Assembly: GCA_964596735.1 (NCBI GenBank)
Contig: CAZQVF010000003.1
Location: forward strand, 42,611-106,610
Length of the DNA: 64,000 nucleotides
Direction: 5' to 3'
Source: an uncultured Gammaproteobacteria bacterium
GTDB lineage: Bacteria; Patescibacteriota; Patescibacteriia; UBA2591; UBA6264
A model generated the notes under the pieces. The model made no database searches. It had not been told where the DNA came from and was given only the letters and a program-made list of their open reading frames with translations. Made by a program: the position numbers and the translations under genes. Positions within the stretch are counted from its first letter, which is position 1, and each line of letters starts with the position of its first letter. Positions 38,339 to 48,643 of the stretch are shown here, in pieces.

Positions 38339-38905
38339 ATGAATATAAATGAAGAAAAAGAAAAAAATGAAAATTCACCAAATCGGGAACAGATTGAACA
38401 AGAGGAAAAAATACGAGCAGAAGCACGAGCTAAGGCAGAAAAGGAGATTAAAGAAAAAGAAAAAATAAAAGAAGCAAACAAACAAGCCATTGGATGTCTA
38501 ACTGCTTTAGTTATTATCGTTTTAGTCGTTATCTTGTTTGTTCTCCCTGATAATGGAGAAGAAAAAAATCAGAAAATAGTTGGGTCTCCACCAATAAAAA
38601 TTTCAGCTGTCCAATTAAATAAAGAATATGATGCAAACAAAGTTGCAGCTGACCAGAAATATAAAGACAAGATAGTAGAAATGTCTGGAATTATAGACGA
38701 CATCGGGAAAACCATTTTAGATAAACCCTACGTTATCATCAAAGGAAAAGAATATTCCCCATTTGTTATCCAATGTATGTTCGATAATGAATATAAAAAT
38801 AAATTAGCTAACCTATCCAAAGAGCAATCTATTACTGTTAAATGTCAAGTATCTAGTGAATTGATTGGTTATATTATATTAAGAGATTGTGTAATTGTTA
38901 AATAA
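38339..38905 (+). CDS. Membrane-anchored OB-fold protein (tRNA_anti-like)
   Basis: TM segment, then ISAVQLNKEYDANKVAADQKYKDKIVEMSG. Confidence 0.78.
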   Translation: MNINEEKEKNENSPNREQIEQEEKIRAEARAKAEKEIKEKEKIKEANKQAIGCLTALVIIVLVVILFVLPDNGEEKNQKIVGSPPIKISAVQLNKEYDANKVAADQKYKDKIVEMSGIIDDIGKTILDKPYVIIKGKEYSPFVIQCMFDNEYKNKLANLSKEQSITVKCQVSSELIGYIILRDCVIVK

Positions 38906-38989
38906 AAAATTATATTTTTTTAATTATATGCAAAACAAAGAGAAGAAAATCAAATTTTATTTAACTTTTTAACTAATAAAAATAAAACT

Positions 38990-39559
38990 ATGAAAAAATT
39001 AAAATTCTGGGTAATTTCATTGATAATAATCGTTATCTTGGGTTGTCTATATATATGGGCAAAAAATGTAAAGAATGAAACAATAGAAAATATAGATAAA
39101 GATGTGGCTAAAATACAAGAGATGGAAAAAGATCAACAAGAACTGAAAGAAATGTGGGAAGATAATAAAAAGGAAATAAACGAACAGTTTATTGAACAAT
39201 CAATATTAGAGCCGAAAATGAAAGAATTAGAACAGAAGCCACAACAGGAGGAAGAAAAACCCCAATCCAATCAACCAATAATCGAACAAACATCGTCAGA
39301 TCCTGAACCTGAACCAGAAACAAAGACCGATAGAAACAAGATGATAGAAATTTTTAAAGCAGACGCCCTAGCAAAATGGGGTGACGATTACCAAATGGTA
39401 AATTATGAAGTAGGAGAACAAACTGAAGCATACGACTGGATTGTTATACAAACTAAATACCCAGAAATCATGACAAGAGCAAAACAAAAATGGGGCAATG
39501 ATTATGGAATGGTGAAATATGAATATGAAGAACAGGTTGAGGCTTACGAATCTTTATAA
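38990..39559 (+). CDS. Membrane-anchored hypothetical protein with duplicated C-terminal motif
   Basis: N-terminal TM; KWGDDYQMVNYE..EQTEAY and KWGNDYGMVKYE..EQVEAY. Confidence 0.7.
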   Translation: MKKLKFWVISLIIIVILGCLYIWAKNVKNETIENIDKDVAKIQEMEKDQQELKEMWEDNKKEINEQFIEQSILEPKMKELEQKPQQEEEKPQSNQPIIEQTSSDPEPEPETKTDRNKMIEIFKADALAKWGDDYQMVNYEVGEQTEAYDWIVIQTKYPEIMTRAKQKWGNDYGMVKYEYEEQVEAYESL

Positions 39560-39631
39560 AAAATATTCTTATAGAAGACATTCATAGTTACAGTGGTAAT
39601 AGGAAGTAAATAAAAATCTTGCCAATGACAG

Positions 39632-39662
39632 AAAAACATAAAGGGTTGCCTTTATGTTTTTT
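39632..39662. terminator. Bidirectional terminator-like hairpin
   Basis: AAAAACATAAAGG-GTTG-CCTTTATGTTTTT between convergent units. Confidence 0.6.
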
Positions 39663-39704
39663 TATACTTAACCGATGGAGCTCGGTCGGTTTCACAAGAA
39701 TTGT

Positions 39705-39778
39705 TGGCTCGGGGGTAGGGATTCGAACCCCAATTTACTGGACCAAAACCAGCAGTCCTGCCATTAGACGACCCCCGA
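39705..39778 (-). tRNA. tRNA-Gln(TTG)
   Basis: TCGGGGG/CCCCCGA acceptor, anticodon loop TT-TTG-GT, GGTTCGAATCC, encoded CCA. Confidence 0.95.
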
Positions 39779-39824
39779 ACATTAATAAAAGTTTATCAGA
39801 TTTTAACGCTTTTGTCGAATAAAA

Positions 39825-40622
39825 CTATTTCTTTCTCCACTTAATAAAAAACTTCAAAGCGCTACTAATATGCACCCAGGTAATCTTGGAAAACAAAGCG
39901 ACCAAAGCTGACCGATCAGCCGAAAGCCGACGATGAAAATGAATCATCTGAGCCTTGGGAAGATAAACGACCTGGTAACCAGCCTGCCAAACCTTTTTAG
40001 CCAGATCAACATCTTCAAAATAAAGAAAATAGCGTTCATCAAAATAGCCAACCTTTTCTAAAACCTCTTTTTTAATCATTAAACAAGCCCCAATCAACCA
40101 ATCCACTTCTCTGATTTGCTGATGATCAAACCCAAGCATTAAATAACGCTCTAGTTCTTTTTTAAAACCAGGTAGCCTTCCCAAAGGAGTTCTCCTCACC
40201 GCCGGAGTAATCAGCTTGGGAAAACGATAACAAGAATACTGAATTGTCTTATTAGGATTTAACAATTGCGGCCCAACCATGCCTACCTTTTTATTCTTTT
40301 TCAAATACTTAACTAATCGCTCAACCGCTTTAGGCATAACAACAACATCTGGATTTAAAATCAAAATATATTCGCCCTCGGCCATTTTAATCGCCTGATT
40401 ATTAGCCTGAGCATAACCTAGATTTTTATTATTTAAAATAATTTTTAAGTCTTGATTTTTAATCTTTATTTGAGACAAAAATTCTTGACTGCCATCATTT
40501 GAATTATTATCCGTGATTATAGTCTCATAATCTAATTTAATGTCAGCCTCTTTTAAACTCTTTAAGCAGTTTTTTAAAAGGTTTTTATGGTTGTAATTAA
40601 GAATAATGATCGATAAGGTCAT
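39825..40622 (-). CDS. Glycosyltransferase family 2
   Basis: IIILNYN, DNNSND, LNPD, YFEDVD. Confidence 0.9.
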   Translation of the reverse strand: MTLSIIILNYNHKNLLKNCLKSLKEADIKLDYETIITDNNSNDGSQEFLSQIKIKNQDLKIILNNKNLGYAQANNQAIKMAEGEYILILNPDVVVMPKAVERLVKYLKKNKKVGMVGPQLLNPNKTIQYSCYRFPKLITPAVRRTPLGRLPGFKKELERYLMLGFDHQQIREVDWLIGACLMIKKEVLEKVGYFDERYFLYFEDVDLAKKVWQAGYQVVYLPKAQMIHFHRRLSADRSALVALFSKITWVHISSALKFFIKWRKK

Positions 40623-40626
40623 ATAT

Positions 40627-41712
40627 TTAATGATATAAACCAGACTTTTCCATCCAGGCTCTCATTTGTTTGGCGTCAACCCTGGCGTTTTTCATAATTA
40701 TCTTTCTTTTCTTATACATCTTGGCAAAGTTTCTCCAAAAAGATGAACTGACTTTTAATAAAACCCTTGGCTTGGTGAAAAGCAAATAAGTTCTTTTACC
40801 TAATTGATAAAAGAAGATTATAAAAAAGTGGTAGAAAATATTTCTCAGATAACTATTTTTTAATAAAAGCCAGAGATGATTACGATAAGAAAGATACTCA
40901 ATTGTTTTTGACCTCTGCCAATGAAGTTTGGCCAACTCAAACAAGCCAATTTTTTCCTTAGCCCCTACTCCCCGATAATGATAAGCCTTGGCCTGAGGAA
41001 CGTATAAGCAGGGCCAGGCTTTTAATTGCAAACGCCAGGCCATGTCCATGTCTTCTTGATAAGCAAAAAAATCTTCATCAAAATATTCAAACCGCCCGTT
41101 TTTTAAAGGCATTTTAATGTCTTCTAATGCCTGACGGCGATACAGAGCACAGGCGCCAGAAACCCCAAAAATATTTGTTTCTTTGTCATATTGTCTTTTG
41201 TCTTTTTGTCTCTGACCCCGGTCAATAATATGACGGTTTTTAAATATTTTAAAACCAGTGCTATCAATAATATCTGTTTTAATTTTTTCTCCAAGCTCAA
41301 TATCACCGGATTTAATCTTTAATAATTTACAAGCAAAACTGCCAATCTTTTTTTCCTTATTAGCCACTCTCATTAGCTTGGCTAAAAAATCTGGTTCTAA
41401 TATAACATCTGGGTTCAAAGCCAAAACAAATTCAGATTGAGCCAAAGCCAAGCCCTGATTATGAGCCTTGGAAAAACCAAGGTTCTTGTTATTCTGAAAT
41501 ATAAAAATCTTGGATGTCTTTTCAAATGTTTCCTCAACCTTCTCTTTTGAATAATTCTCTTTAATAAACCCGACTGTTTTATCAGTCGAACCATTATCAA
41601 TAATCAAAACAGAAAAACTTTTAAAAGTCTGATTAAAAACTGAATCAAGACATTCTTTTAAAAACTTGAAACTATTCCAAGTAACAATCTGTATTATCAA
41701 CTTTGAAGTCAT
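40627..41712 (-). CDS. Glycosyltransferase family 2
   Basis: IVTWNS, IDNGSTD, LNPD, YQEDMD. Confidence 0.9.
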   Translation of the reverse strand: MTSKLIIQIVTWNSFKFLKECLDSVFNQTFKSFSVLIIDNGSTDKTVGFIKENYSKEKVEETFEKTSKIFIFQNNKNLGFSKAHNQGLALAQSEFVLALNPDVILEPDFLAKLMRVANKEKKIGSFACKLLKIKSGDIELGEKIKTDIIDSTGFKIFKNRHIIDRGQRQKDKRQYDKETNIFGVSGACALYRRQALEDIKMPLKNGRFEYFDEDFFAYQEDMDMAWRLQLKAWPCLYVPQAKAYHYRGVGAKEKIGLFELAKLHWQRSKTIEYLSYRNHLWLLLKNSYLRNIFYHFFIIFFYQLGKRTYLLFTKPRVLLKVSSSFWRNFAKMYKKRKIIMKNARVDAKQMRAWMEKSGLYH

Positions 41713-43168
41713 TTTCTTTAATAGATATAATTATCACTGCTGTTAAAACTAAGTAAAAAATACCAATGGGATGGAATAAAAACGGACCAGTCAAGCTAGC
41801 CACAGCTAAACTGGCTAAACCAGCTAAAAGACCAATAACTAATCTTCTGGCAAAAACATGTCTTTTTAATTTCTTAATTGCCTGTCCGCCTTGGTAAAAA
41901 ATAGAAAGCAAGACCAGAGCATAAGCAATCAAGCCAAACAAGCCCAGTTCCACCCAGATTTCCAAATACCCCCAATCTAAATGAAAAGTAGTCTTATCCT
42001 GCCCAGTTAACAAATCAGTATACTCCACTGTTGCTCCCAAGCCCTGGCCAAAAATTGGTTGTTGCTTAATCATATTAATCAAAACCGGCAAAATAGTCAT
42101 CCGGGTCAAAGAACTTGTTTCTTGGTCTGGAGAAAGAATTGTGCCAATTCTGTCTTTGAAAAACCCTAAGCCCTGCAAGGCGGCTCCCCCACTAACCAGG
42201 CCAAAAAGCAGACCAAACTCAGCCACTAAGATAAAAACAACTAAACAAGAGAAGATTAACCAGCGCCGCCAACCAATTCCCTTTAATAGAAAAATTAAAC
42301 CAATTAATATTCCTAAAAAATAAGCACGGGAAAAATTAATCAAAAGAATCAAACTAGCCCCAATGCTTAAGTATATTAAGTATTTCCTGTATTTATCTTT
42401 AAACCTTTTTTTATTCTCAATTAAAAAACTAAGTAAAATCAAAAACAAGGGTAAAATTAGTAAATGAGCTGAACTAACAATACGGAAAAACCCATTACCC
42501 GTATCTGTGACCTTGCCGACAACAACACTGCGCCACCACCAATAAAACTGGTCATGAACCTGGGACAGGTTGGTGACAAATAAGATAAAAACAACAATGG
42601 TTAAAATACTTAAACCAATCACCGCCACCTGACTCATTTTAAAAACATTTTTAACAAAATCTTGTTTTTTAAAAACATCAATTAAAGGAAATATCAAAAA
42701 CAAATAAGAATAATTAATAAAATCCTTAATCGCCAAAATCGGGTCATGAGCAATCATTCCCTGAAGCAAACCCAAGATAATAACAAAGAAGAAAATCAAA
42801 AACATGGCCAAATCCGGTGATTTAACAAACTGAGCAAAAAACCTTCTTTGCTTTTTATCAACCATCTTTTGAATAAACCAAACCAACATGACCACCAAAA
42901 ACAAAGACAGTCTTAAGGAAAGACCGGCTAATTCAAACAAGTGTCCTTCATGGCCGATTAAAAACTCAAAGATTAAAAATAAAAATCCATATTCTATTTT
43001 AATCAAACTAAAATAAATAGCCGCCCCAATAATCAAACAAAAAACAAGATTAGAAATAATCGGCCAAACATAGCCTAAAATAGAAAGCAGGGTAAAAACA
43101 AAAAAAGCATAAACCATTAACCTAATGCCTTGAATAAACTCTTTTGATTTTTTTCTCTTAATCCACAT
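41672..43168 (-). CDS. O-antigen ligase/polymerase family membrane protein
   Basis: Multi-TM; FSRAYFLG, PIFGQGLG, YLEIWVELGLFG. Confidence 0.8.
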   Translation of the reverse strand: MWIKRKKSKEFIQGIRLMVYAFFVFTLLSILGYVWPIISNLVFCLIIGAAIYFSLIKIEYGFLFLIFEFLIGHEGHLFELAGLSLRLSLFLVVMLVWFIQKMVDKKQRRFFAQFVKSPDLAMFLIFFFVIILGLLQGMIAHDPILAIKDFINYSYLFLIFPLIDVFKKQDFVKNVFKMSQVAVIGLSILTIVVFILFVTNLSQVHDQFYWWWRSVVVGKVTDTGNGFFRIVSSAHLLILPLFLILLSFLIENKKRFKDKYRKYLIYLSIGASLILLINFSRAYFLGILIGLIFLLKGIGWRRWLIFSCLVVFILVAEFGLLFGLVSGGAALQGLGFFKDRIGTILSPDQETSSLTRMTILPVLINMIKQQPIFGQGLGATVEYTDLLTGQDKTTFHLDWGYLEIWVELGLFGLIAYALVLLSIFYQGGQAIKKLKRHVFARRLVIGLLAGLASLAVASLTGPFLFHPIGIFYLVLTAVIIISIKENDFKVDNTDCYLE

Positions 43169-44057
43169 TTAATTTCTTTTTTATCTTCTTTTTTAACTCC
43201 GCCGGATAAACCTCGCTTAAAAGGGCTAAAAATAGACTAATGGGCTGAACCAAGATTAAGGGCCAATAACGCCAGAAATAAGAATGTTTTTTAAAATAGG
43301 TAAGCAGACTCTTATTGTAAATCCTTTGCCGGTCAATAGACATCAGCTGCCAAAAACTTTTTCCTCCATGATGAAGAATCTTTACTTCTGGGTAATAAAT
43401 AATCTGATAACCCGCTTTTTTTACTCGGTAGCAGAGATCAGCGTCTTCAAACCATAGATGAAAGCTTTTATCAAAACCCCCGACTTGGTCAAGTATTTTT
43501 CTGCGGGTTAAAATAAAACTGCCGGACACCTGGTCAACCATTTTTCTTTTTTGATAATTAAAATCTGTTTGAAAATATTTTTTTAAAACCCTACTCCGAG
43601 GAAACAGATACTGCAATTTTAAGAGAATTATTAATTGAGAAAAAATTGTGGGAAAGCTTCTAACCGAAGGCTGGGTTTCTTTATCTGGGCCAATTAATTG
43701 ACAACCAACAATCCCCCACTTTTTATTCTGTTTCATTAACTCAATCATCTTTCCCACTCCGTTTTCTTTAACAAACTCTGTGTCCGGGTTAAGAAACAAA
43801 ACAAATTCTCCTTTGGTTTTTTTCAAAGCCTGGTTATTAGCTTTACTAAAACCAAGGTTTTTTTCATTGAAAACGGCCCGGATGTGGTTTCTTTTTCTGC
43901 TTATTTTCTTTAAATATTCTTGGCTCCCATCTTGGGAACAATTATCAACCACGATTACTTCATAATCTACATCTTTAACATAATTAAGAATAGACTCTAA
44001 ACACCTTTGGCATAAGGCTTTAACATTCCAATTAACAACAATAATTGATAAGGTCAT
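43158..44057 (-). CDS. Glycosyltransferase family 2
   Basis: IVVNWN, VDNCSQD, LNPD, WFEDADLC. Confidence 0.9.
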   Translation of the reverse strand: MTLSIIVVNWNVKALCQRCLESILNYVKDVDYEVIVVDNCSQDGSQEYLKKISRKRNHIRAVFNEKNLGFSKANNQALKKTKGEFVLFLNPDTEFVKENGVGKMIELMKQNKKWGIVGCQLIGPDKETQPSVRSFPTIFSQLIILLKLQYLFPRSRVLKKYFQTDFNYQKRKMVDQVSGSFILTRRKILDQVGGFDKSFHLWFEDADLCYRVKKAGYQIIYYPEVKILHHGGKSFWQLMSIDRQRIYNKSLLTYFKKHSYFWRYWPLILVQPISLFLALLSEVYPAELKKKIKKKLNVD

Positions 44058-45268
44058 GCTAATTTATCTTTAATTAAATTAATCATCCTTTTAATTCTTA
44101 AGCCCCAGTCTTGTTCCTTCATTTTCTCCATTCTTTTTTCTCTTAACTCAGGCCTATCATCTTTAATGGCTTGATCAAGTTTTTTATTAAAATCCTGATA
44201 ATCTTGAGCAATATAGACTAGGTGAGAAAATCTTTCCACTCCAGAGGGCGGTGTGGTCACCACGGGCCGGCCACAGGCCAGGTATTCTAAAACCTTTAAA
44301 GAATTAGTGTATTTGATAAAAGTATCCAGGCGGTGAGGACAAATGGCCACATCAAAGCTTTTAATATAAGCCGGGGAAATCTGATATGGTTTGCGCCCAA
44401 GTAAATAAATGTTCTTGTATTTTTTCAATTTTTTAATCTCAATAGCCGGTTGTCTTAATTTTCTAAAGTAAACCGGCCAAAGCGGACCAATTAAAACAAA
44501 AGATTTGTCTGGATTTTTTTCAGCCAAATATTCTAATAAATCCAAATCCGCCCTTTGCTGAATAACGCCAACATAACCAATAATGGGATGGGGAATCTTT
44601 TTTAAATCTTTTGGCGTCTGAAGCTTTGATTTGGAAAAATGCTTAACATCCACGCCATTGGGAATCCAAAAAACATCTTCGTCTCTGCCCAACTCATGGA
44701 AAAAGTCTATTAAGTTTTTAGAAACAGTAAAAATCAAATCACTTTTTTGAGCAATAATCTGATAATTGTTTTTTAATCTCTCTTTATGTTTAATAAAAGA
44801 AGGATGGGCAATCCAATTATCAACCGTATCAAAAACCTTTAAATCAGCCTTGATTTTATTAAAATAATCAACAAACATGGGGAAATAAGACCAGAGGACC
44901 CTGGTCTTTTCTGGGACATTAACCTTTTCCAAGACTTGATTAAGTTTATCAACTACTTTTTGATGAGAAAAAAACGAATCAATAGTTGAAAAAACAAATA
45001 AGTCAGTTGTCCCTGTTTCTGGAATCTTAACACAGCGAGTGGTTAAATCCCGATAAATTACTTTTCCCTTTGGCCCATTAATAATATTTTGGTAATAATT
45101 TCTTAAAACTCGCTTAAAACTAAAGGGTAAAAAGTCAACGGCTACTATTCTCCCTACGGCTGGATTTTTTAATAATTTATAAAAAACATTGGAATTGCGG
45201 TTAGGAATTCCTTTTTGCCACTCAACATAGCTGGACATGTTAAACATTACTATTTCTAATTCTTTCAT
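44054..45268 (-). CDS. GT-B glycosyltransferase (GT4/TuaH-like)
   Basis: IPNGVD, IIGYVG, KVLEYLACGRPVV. Confidence 0.85.
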   Translation of the reverse strand: MKELEIVMFNMSSYVEWQKGIPNRNSNVFYKLLKNPAVGRIVAVDFLPFSFKRVLRNYYQNIINGPKGKVIYRDLTTRCVKIPETGTTDLFVFSTIDSFFSHQKVVDKLNQVLEKVNVPEKTRVLWSYFPMFVDYFNKIKADLKVFDTVDNWIAHPSFIKHKERLKNNYQIIAQKSDLIFTVSKNLIDFFHELGRDEDVFWIPNGVDVKHFSKSKLQTPKDLKKIPHPIIGYVGVIQQRADLDLLEYLAEKNPDKSFVLIGPLWPVYFRKLRQPAIEIKKLKKYKNIYLLGRKPYQISPAYIKSFDVAICPHRLDTFIKYTNSLKVLEYLACGRPVVTTPPSGVERFSHLVYIAQDYQDFNKKLDQAIKDDRPELREKRMEKMKEQDWGLRIKRMINLIKDKLA

Positions 45269-45278
45269 AAGTTTGTGC

Positions 45279-46763
45279 TTATTCTCTCTCTAATGTCTGG
45301 TCTTTAGACTGAGCCAACAAAGAAGAGGGTTGTTTAAAGCGAAGCATACTTTTTAAAAACAAAATTTCTTTTTTCTGCACCAAACCAAAAACATAAGAAA
45401 AACCAAAATAAGCTAGGATGCCAAAAACAACGGAAAAAAGAATATGAACCCTGTCTTTGATTAAAAAGAGAATTGCTCCCATAATCAAGCTATTTAAAAT
45501 AATTAAACTCATTCGATTAAGTAAATATTTTTTATCTAACTTGACTAATTTTTTAGCTAAATAAATTTCTAAAATAAACAGAATTGAAAACCCTCCCAAA
45601 ACAGCCCCAGCCGCACCTAAATGAGCAAACATAGGAATTAAGATTAAGTTTAAACCAATAAAGACAAAAACGCCAATGCCATGAATTAAGGTGTTTATCT
45701 TTTGTTTTTCACAGGCATTTAAAAGAGCGGAGATTATAAAGTCTAAAAACATAAAAGGAATGGAAAATGTTAAAAGTGTTAAAATCATGACCGCAGATAA
45801 ATATTCTGCACCATAAATAAAAAGAATAATTGGTTTAGCCAAGATTAAAAATCCAGTCATTAAAGGAATAGTCACTAACATTAAATAAAAAACAGATTTA
45901 GTAAAAAGACTGCTTAATTCTTGTTTAGACCTGATAAAATAATAGCTTAGAGAAGGATAGAGAGCTGAACTTAAAGAGCCAGCAATTAATAATAAAAAAG
46001 CGTTAACTAATTTCATGGCCGCATTATACCAACCAACAGATTTATCCCCGGCCATATAAGAAAGAAGAATAGTGTCACTAGTGGCATAAAGTTTGGCAAA
46101 AACCGCGGCAATAAAAAAGGGCCAGGAAATTTTTAATAATGATTTTAAAGTCTTTTTATTAAAACGAGGAATAGGCCAAAGCCCTAATTTTCTTTTTAAG
46201 AAAAAAATAGCATTGGACAAATAGAAACAACTGGCAATTAAAAGAGGTAAAAGCATTAAAACCACCTGGGCTTTTAAATAAATTAAAACAATCCCAGCTA
46301 AAAGAAGGATTGTTTTATGAAGGATAATGCCTAAACTTTCATACTTCATGTTTAAGTGTCCGCGAAAAGTATAGTAGAAAGATAAGGCTATTGTGTCTAA
46401 GAGAATAATTATTGCTGAAAAATAAACCAGGCCCTTGGTCACCCCTGGATAACCCAGGGCATTAATGACAATATAGATTAAAACTAAAACAGAGCATCCA
46501 GCAACAATGTTAAAACCTAAAATATTACTAAAATATTCTTTAGTTTTTGATCTATCCCGGGCAATTTCTCTGGTCAAAACTAAAAATAGGCCAAGGTCTA
46601 TCAGCACAGAAAAAAGGGCGGCAAAAGAAAGGGCAAAAGTATATTTGCCAAAATTGTCCGCCCCTAAATAACGGGCTAAAAGAATAAAATAAAAAAGAGA
46701 TATCAGTTTCTGATAAATATAAGCACTTAATAGATAAAAGGTGTTTTTAGCTGTTGAAGCCAT
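45279..46763 (-). CDS. Wzx-type polysaccharide flippase
   Basis: ARYLGADNFG, DLGL, DTILL...VGWYNAA. Confidence 0.88.
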   Translation of the reverse strand: MASTAKNTFYLLSAYIYQKLISLFYFILLARYLGADNFGKYTFALSFAALFSVLIDLGLFLVLTREIARDRSKTKEYFSNILGFNIVAGCSVLVLIYIVINALGYPGVTKGLVYFSAIIILLDTIALSFYYTFRGHLNMKYESLGIILHKTILLLAGIVLIYLKAQVVLMLLPLLIASCFYLSNAIFFLKRKLGLWPIPRFNKKTLKSLLKISWPFFIAAVFAKLYATSDTILLSYMAGDKSVGWYNAAMKLVNAFLLLIAGSLSSALYPSLSYYFIRSKQELSSLFTKSVFYLMLVTIPLMTGFLILAKPIILFIYGAEYLSAVMILTLLTFSIPFMFLDFIISALLNACEKQKINTLIHGIGVFVFIGLNLILIPMFAHLGAAGAVLGGFSILFILEIYLAKKLVKLDKKYLLNRMSLIILNSLIMGAILFLIKDRVHILFSVVFGILAYFGFSYVFGLVQKKEILFLKSMLRFKQPSSLLAQSKDQTLERE

Positions 46764-46775
46764 GGAAGCAAATAA

Positions 46776-47339
46776 CTATCTCTTTGCCCACTGTGGTGCT
46801 CGACGGGCTCTTTTTAAACCAGGTTTTTTTCTTTCTTTTTTTCTAGCATCGCGCCGTAAAAACCCAGCTGATTTTAATTCTTTCCGCCATTCAGGATTAA
46901 ATGCAACAAGGGCGCGAGTAATTCCCAAGCGGGCGGCTTCTGCTTGGCTTTTCATGCCTCCACCGTGAACTTTAATACGAAAATCAAAAACTTTTTCTTG
47001 GTTAAGTAATTTTAAAGGAGATAAAACTGCTTGAACTAAATCAAAAACAGAAAAATACTCCTTAACTGTTTTTTTGTTAATAGATATTTTTCCTTTTCCT
47101 TTGGGAAAAAACTGCACTTGGGCAATAGCTGTTTTTCTTTTTCCGGTCGCCCAATTTTGATCTATTTTTAGTTTTTTAACCTCTTCTTTAACTACTTTTT
47201 TAACCGGTTTTTTAACCGCCTTCTTGGCTGTCTTTTTAACCGGTTTTTTAACTGTTTTCTTAACTGTTTTCTTAACAGGCTTTTTAACAGCTGGTTTCTT
47301 TGTCTTTGTAGTTTTCTTTTTTTCTTTTTTAACAGGCAT
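46776..47339 (-). CDS. rpsI: 30S ribosomal protein S9 with Lys-rich N-terminal extension
   Basis: TGKRKTAIA, GGGMKSQAEA, ERKKPGLKRARRAPQWAKR. Confidence 0.95.
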   Translation of the reverse strand: MPVKKEKKKTTKTKKPAVKKPVKKTVKKTVKKPVKKTAKKAVKKPVKKVVKEEVKKLKIDQNWATGKRKTAIAQVQFFPKGKGKISINKKTVKEYFSVFDLVQAVLSPLKLLNQEKVFDFRIKVHGGGMKSQAEAARLGITRALVAFNPEWRKELKSAGFLRRDARKKERKKPGLKRARRAPQWAKR

Positions 47340-47454
47340 ATTAATGCATTAACTGCTTAGTGGCCTTTATTTTAACAAATTAAAATTTTTTAGCAAGAGA
47401 AGAAATAAGGCTGAAATTGTTTCCCAGCCTTTGTTAAATATTAATTTAAATAAT

Positions 47455-48507
47455 TTAAAATTTAATTACCTCACCCGGCTTCATTTCCTCTTCTATTCTT
47501 AGCACCCGACAAACACGAAGAATGGCAAAAACAATCTGAGCAATCATTATCGCCAATATGGCAAAAAGTTTGCCGACTAATTGCAAAACAAAAAATAAAG
47601 CGACAGCGATACCAAAAGAAATCTCCCGGGCATGCGGTCCGACAAATTCATCTAACTTAGAATTAACCAAATTAGCTAAAATGATTTCCATGGTTTCATC
47701 TCCTTTTAATTCAACACCTAAGGTTTCTGATAATTGTTTTCTTTGTTCGGCTAACAAGGCTTGATCAATTCCTCCTTCCTTTACTTGTTCTTTTAAAAAA
47801 CTTTTTATCTCTGGATCATTTAATAATTCATTAATATCTATATTTTCTAAATTTTCAAAATCAATTTTATCAATTAAATTTAAAGGAATTTCTTGAGGAG
47901 CCGGGCCCTGTCCCTGCAAAACCATATTGCTGGCCAAGGTTTCATCAATAGTCATTTCTGGGTCATAAAAAGGAATCATTTTGCCAACAATTCCTGAAGC
48001 CGGCTTTAAAATAAAACTAAAAACTTCTGCAGGAATCTCTATTTTCTCCTGATTAATATTAATTAAAGGATTAAAATAATAAACCAAGGCAATCATCAAA
48101 GCAATTCCAGCAATTGCCCAGGGCAATCCCCTTTTCCAAATCTTTCTTAAACATAATATTAAGCGTTGTTCTTTTTCTAAAAGCATTAATTCAGTACCAA
48201 TGACTAAACACAAGAGAAAAAACAAAAGACCAACAAGATAAGAACCAACAACCAACTCTTGAGAAAAAGGAAAAAATAAGAAAAAACAACCAAGAGAAAT
48301 AATAAAACAGGCATAAATAATATTTCGACTCTTAATTAAGACACTTAATAATAAGAAAATAATTAAAAAAATTAGCCAACTAAGTGCTAAATAACCTAAA
48401 TGAGCCCCGGAAACTGATTTAAAAAACAAGGACAAATACCCCCAAAATAAAACAGTGGCCAAAAACATAAAAAGGGCTAAGATTAAATGTTTTATTTTTA
48501 AACTCAT
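47455..48507 (-). CDS. Hypothetical membrane protein
   Basis: About 6 TM segments plus a soluble loop. Confidence 0.7.
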   Translation of the reverse strand: MSLKIKHLILALFMFLATVLFWGYLSLFFKSVSGAHLGYLALSWLIFLIIFLLLSVLIKSRNIIYACFIISLGCFFLFFPFSQELVVGSYLVGLLFFLLCLVIGTELMLLEKEQRLILCLRKIWKRGLPWAIAGIALMIALVYYFNPLININQEKIEIPAEVFSFILKPASGIVGKMIPFYDPEMTIDETLASNMVLQGQGPAPQEIPLNLIDKIDFENLENIDINELLNDPEIKSFLKEQVKEGGIDQALLAEQRKQLSETLGVELKGDETMEIILANLVNSKLDEFVGPHAREISFGIAVALFFVLQLVGKLFAILAIMIAQIVFAILRVCRVLRIEEEMKPGEVIKF

Positions 48508-48643
48508 AAACCTATAATTTAATTATTATCACCCTATAATTTTACCATAAATATCTAAAAAGCCAAGAACAGGTTGTTCTTGACAAAAGGCCTAAAATAT
48601 GTTAAAGTACATATAACAATTAAATAGACAGGGAGGATTCAAA

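Larger units (their letters stand above)
23488..39710. mobile_element. Integrative island at tRNA-Gln 3' end (serine recombinase, terminase, RM/nuclease cargo); may extend left to ~21.0-22.8 kb
   Basis: Large serine recombinase, terminase, MTases, abutting tRNA-Gln; att-like GCTC-core motif at 23488-23503. Boundaries are inferred. Confidence 0.7.

Noticed and set aside
32092-39560. Complete prophage
   Set aside because: No portal, capsid, tail or lysis genes recognisable.
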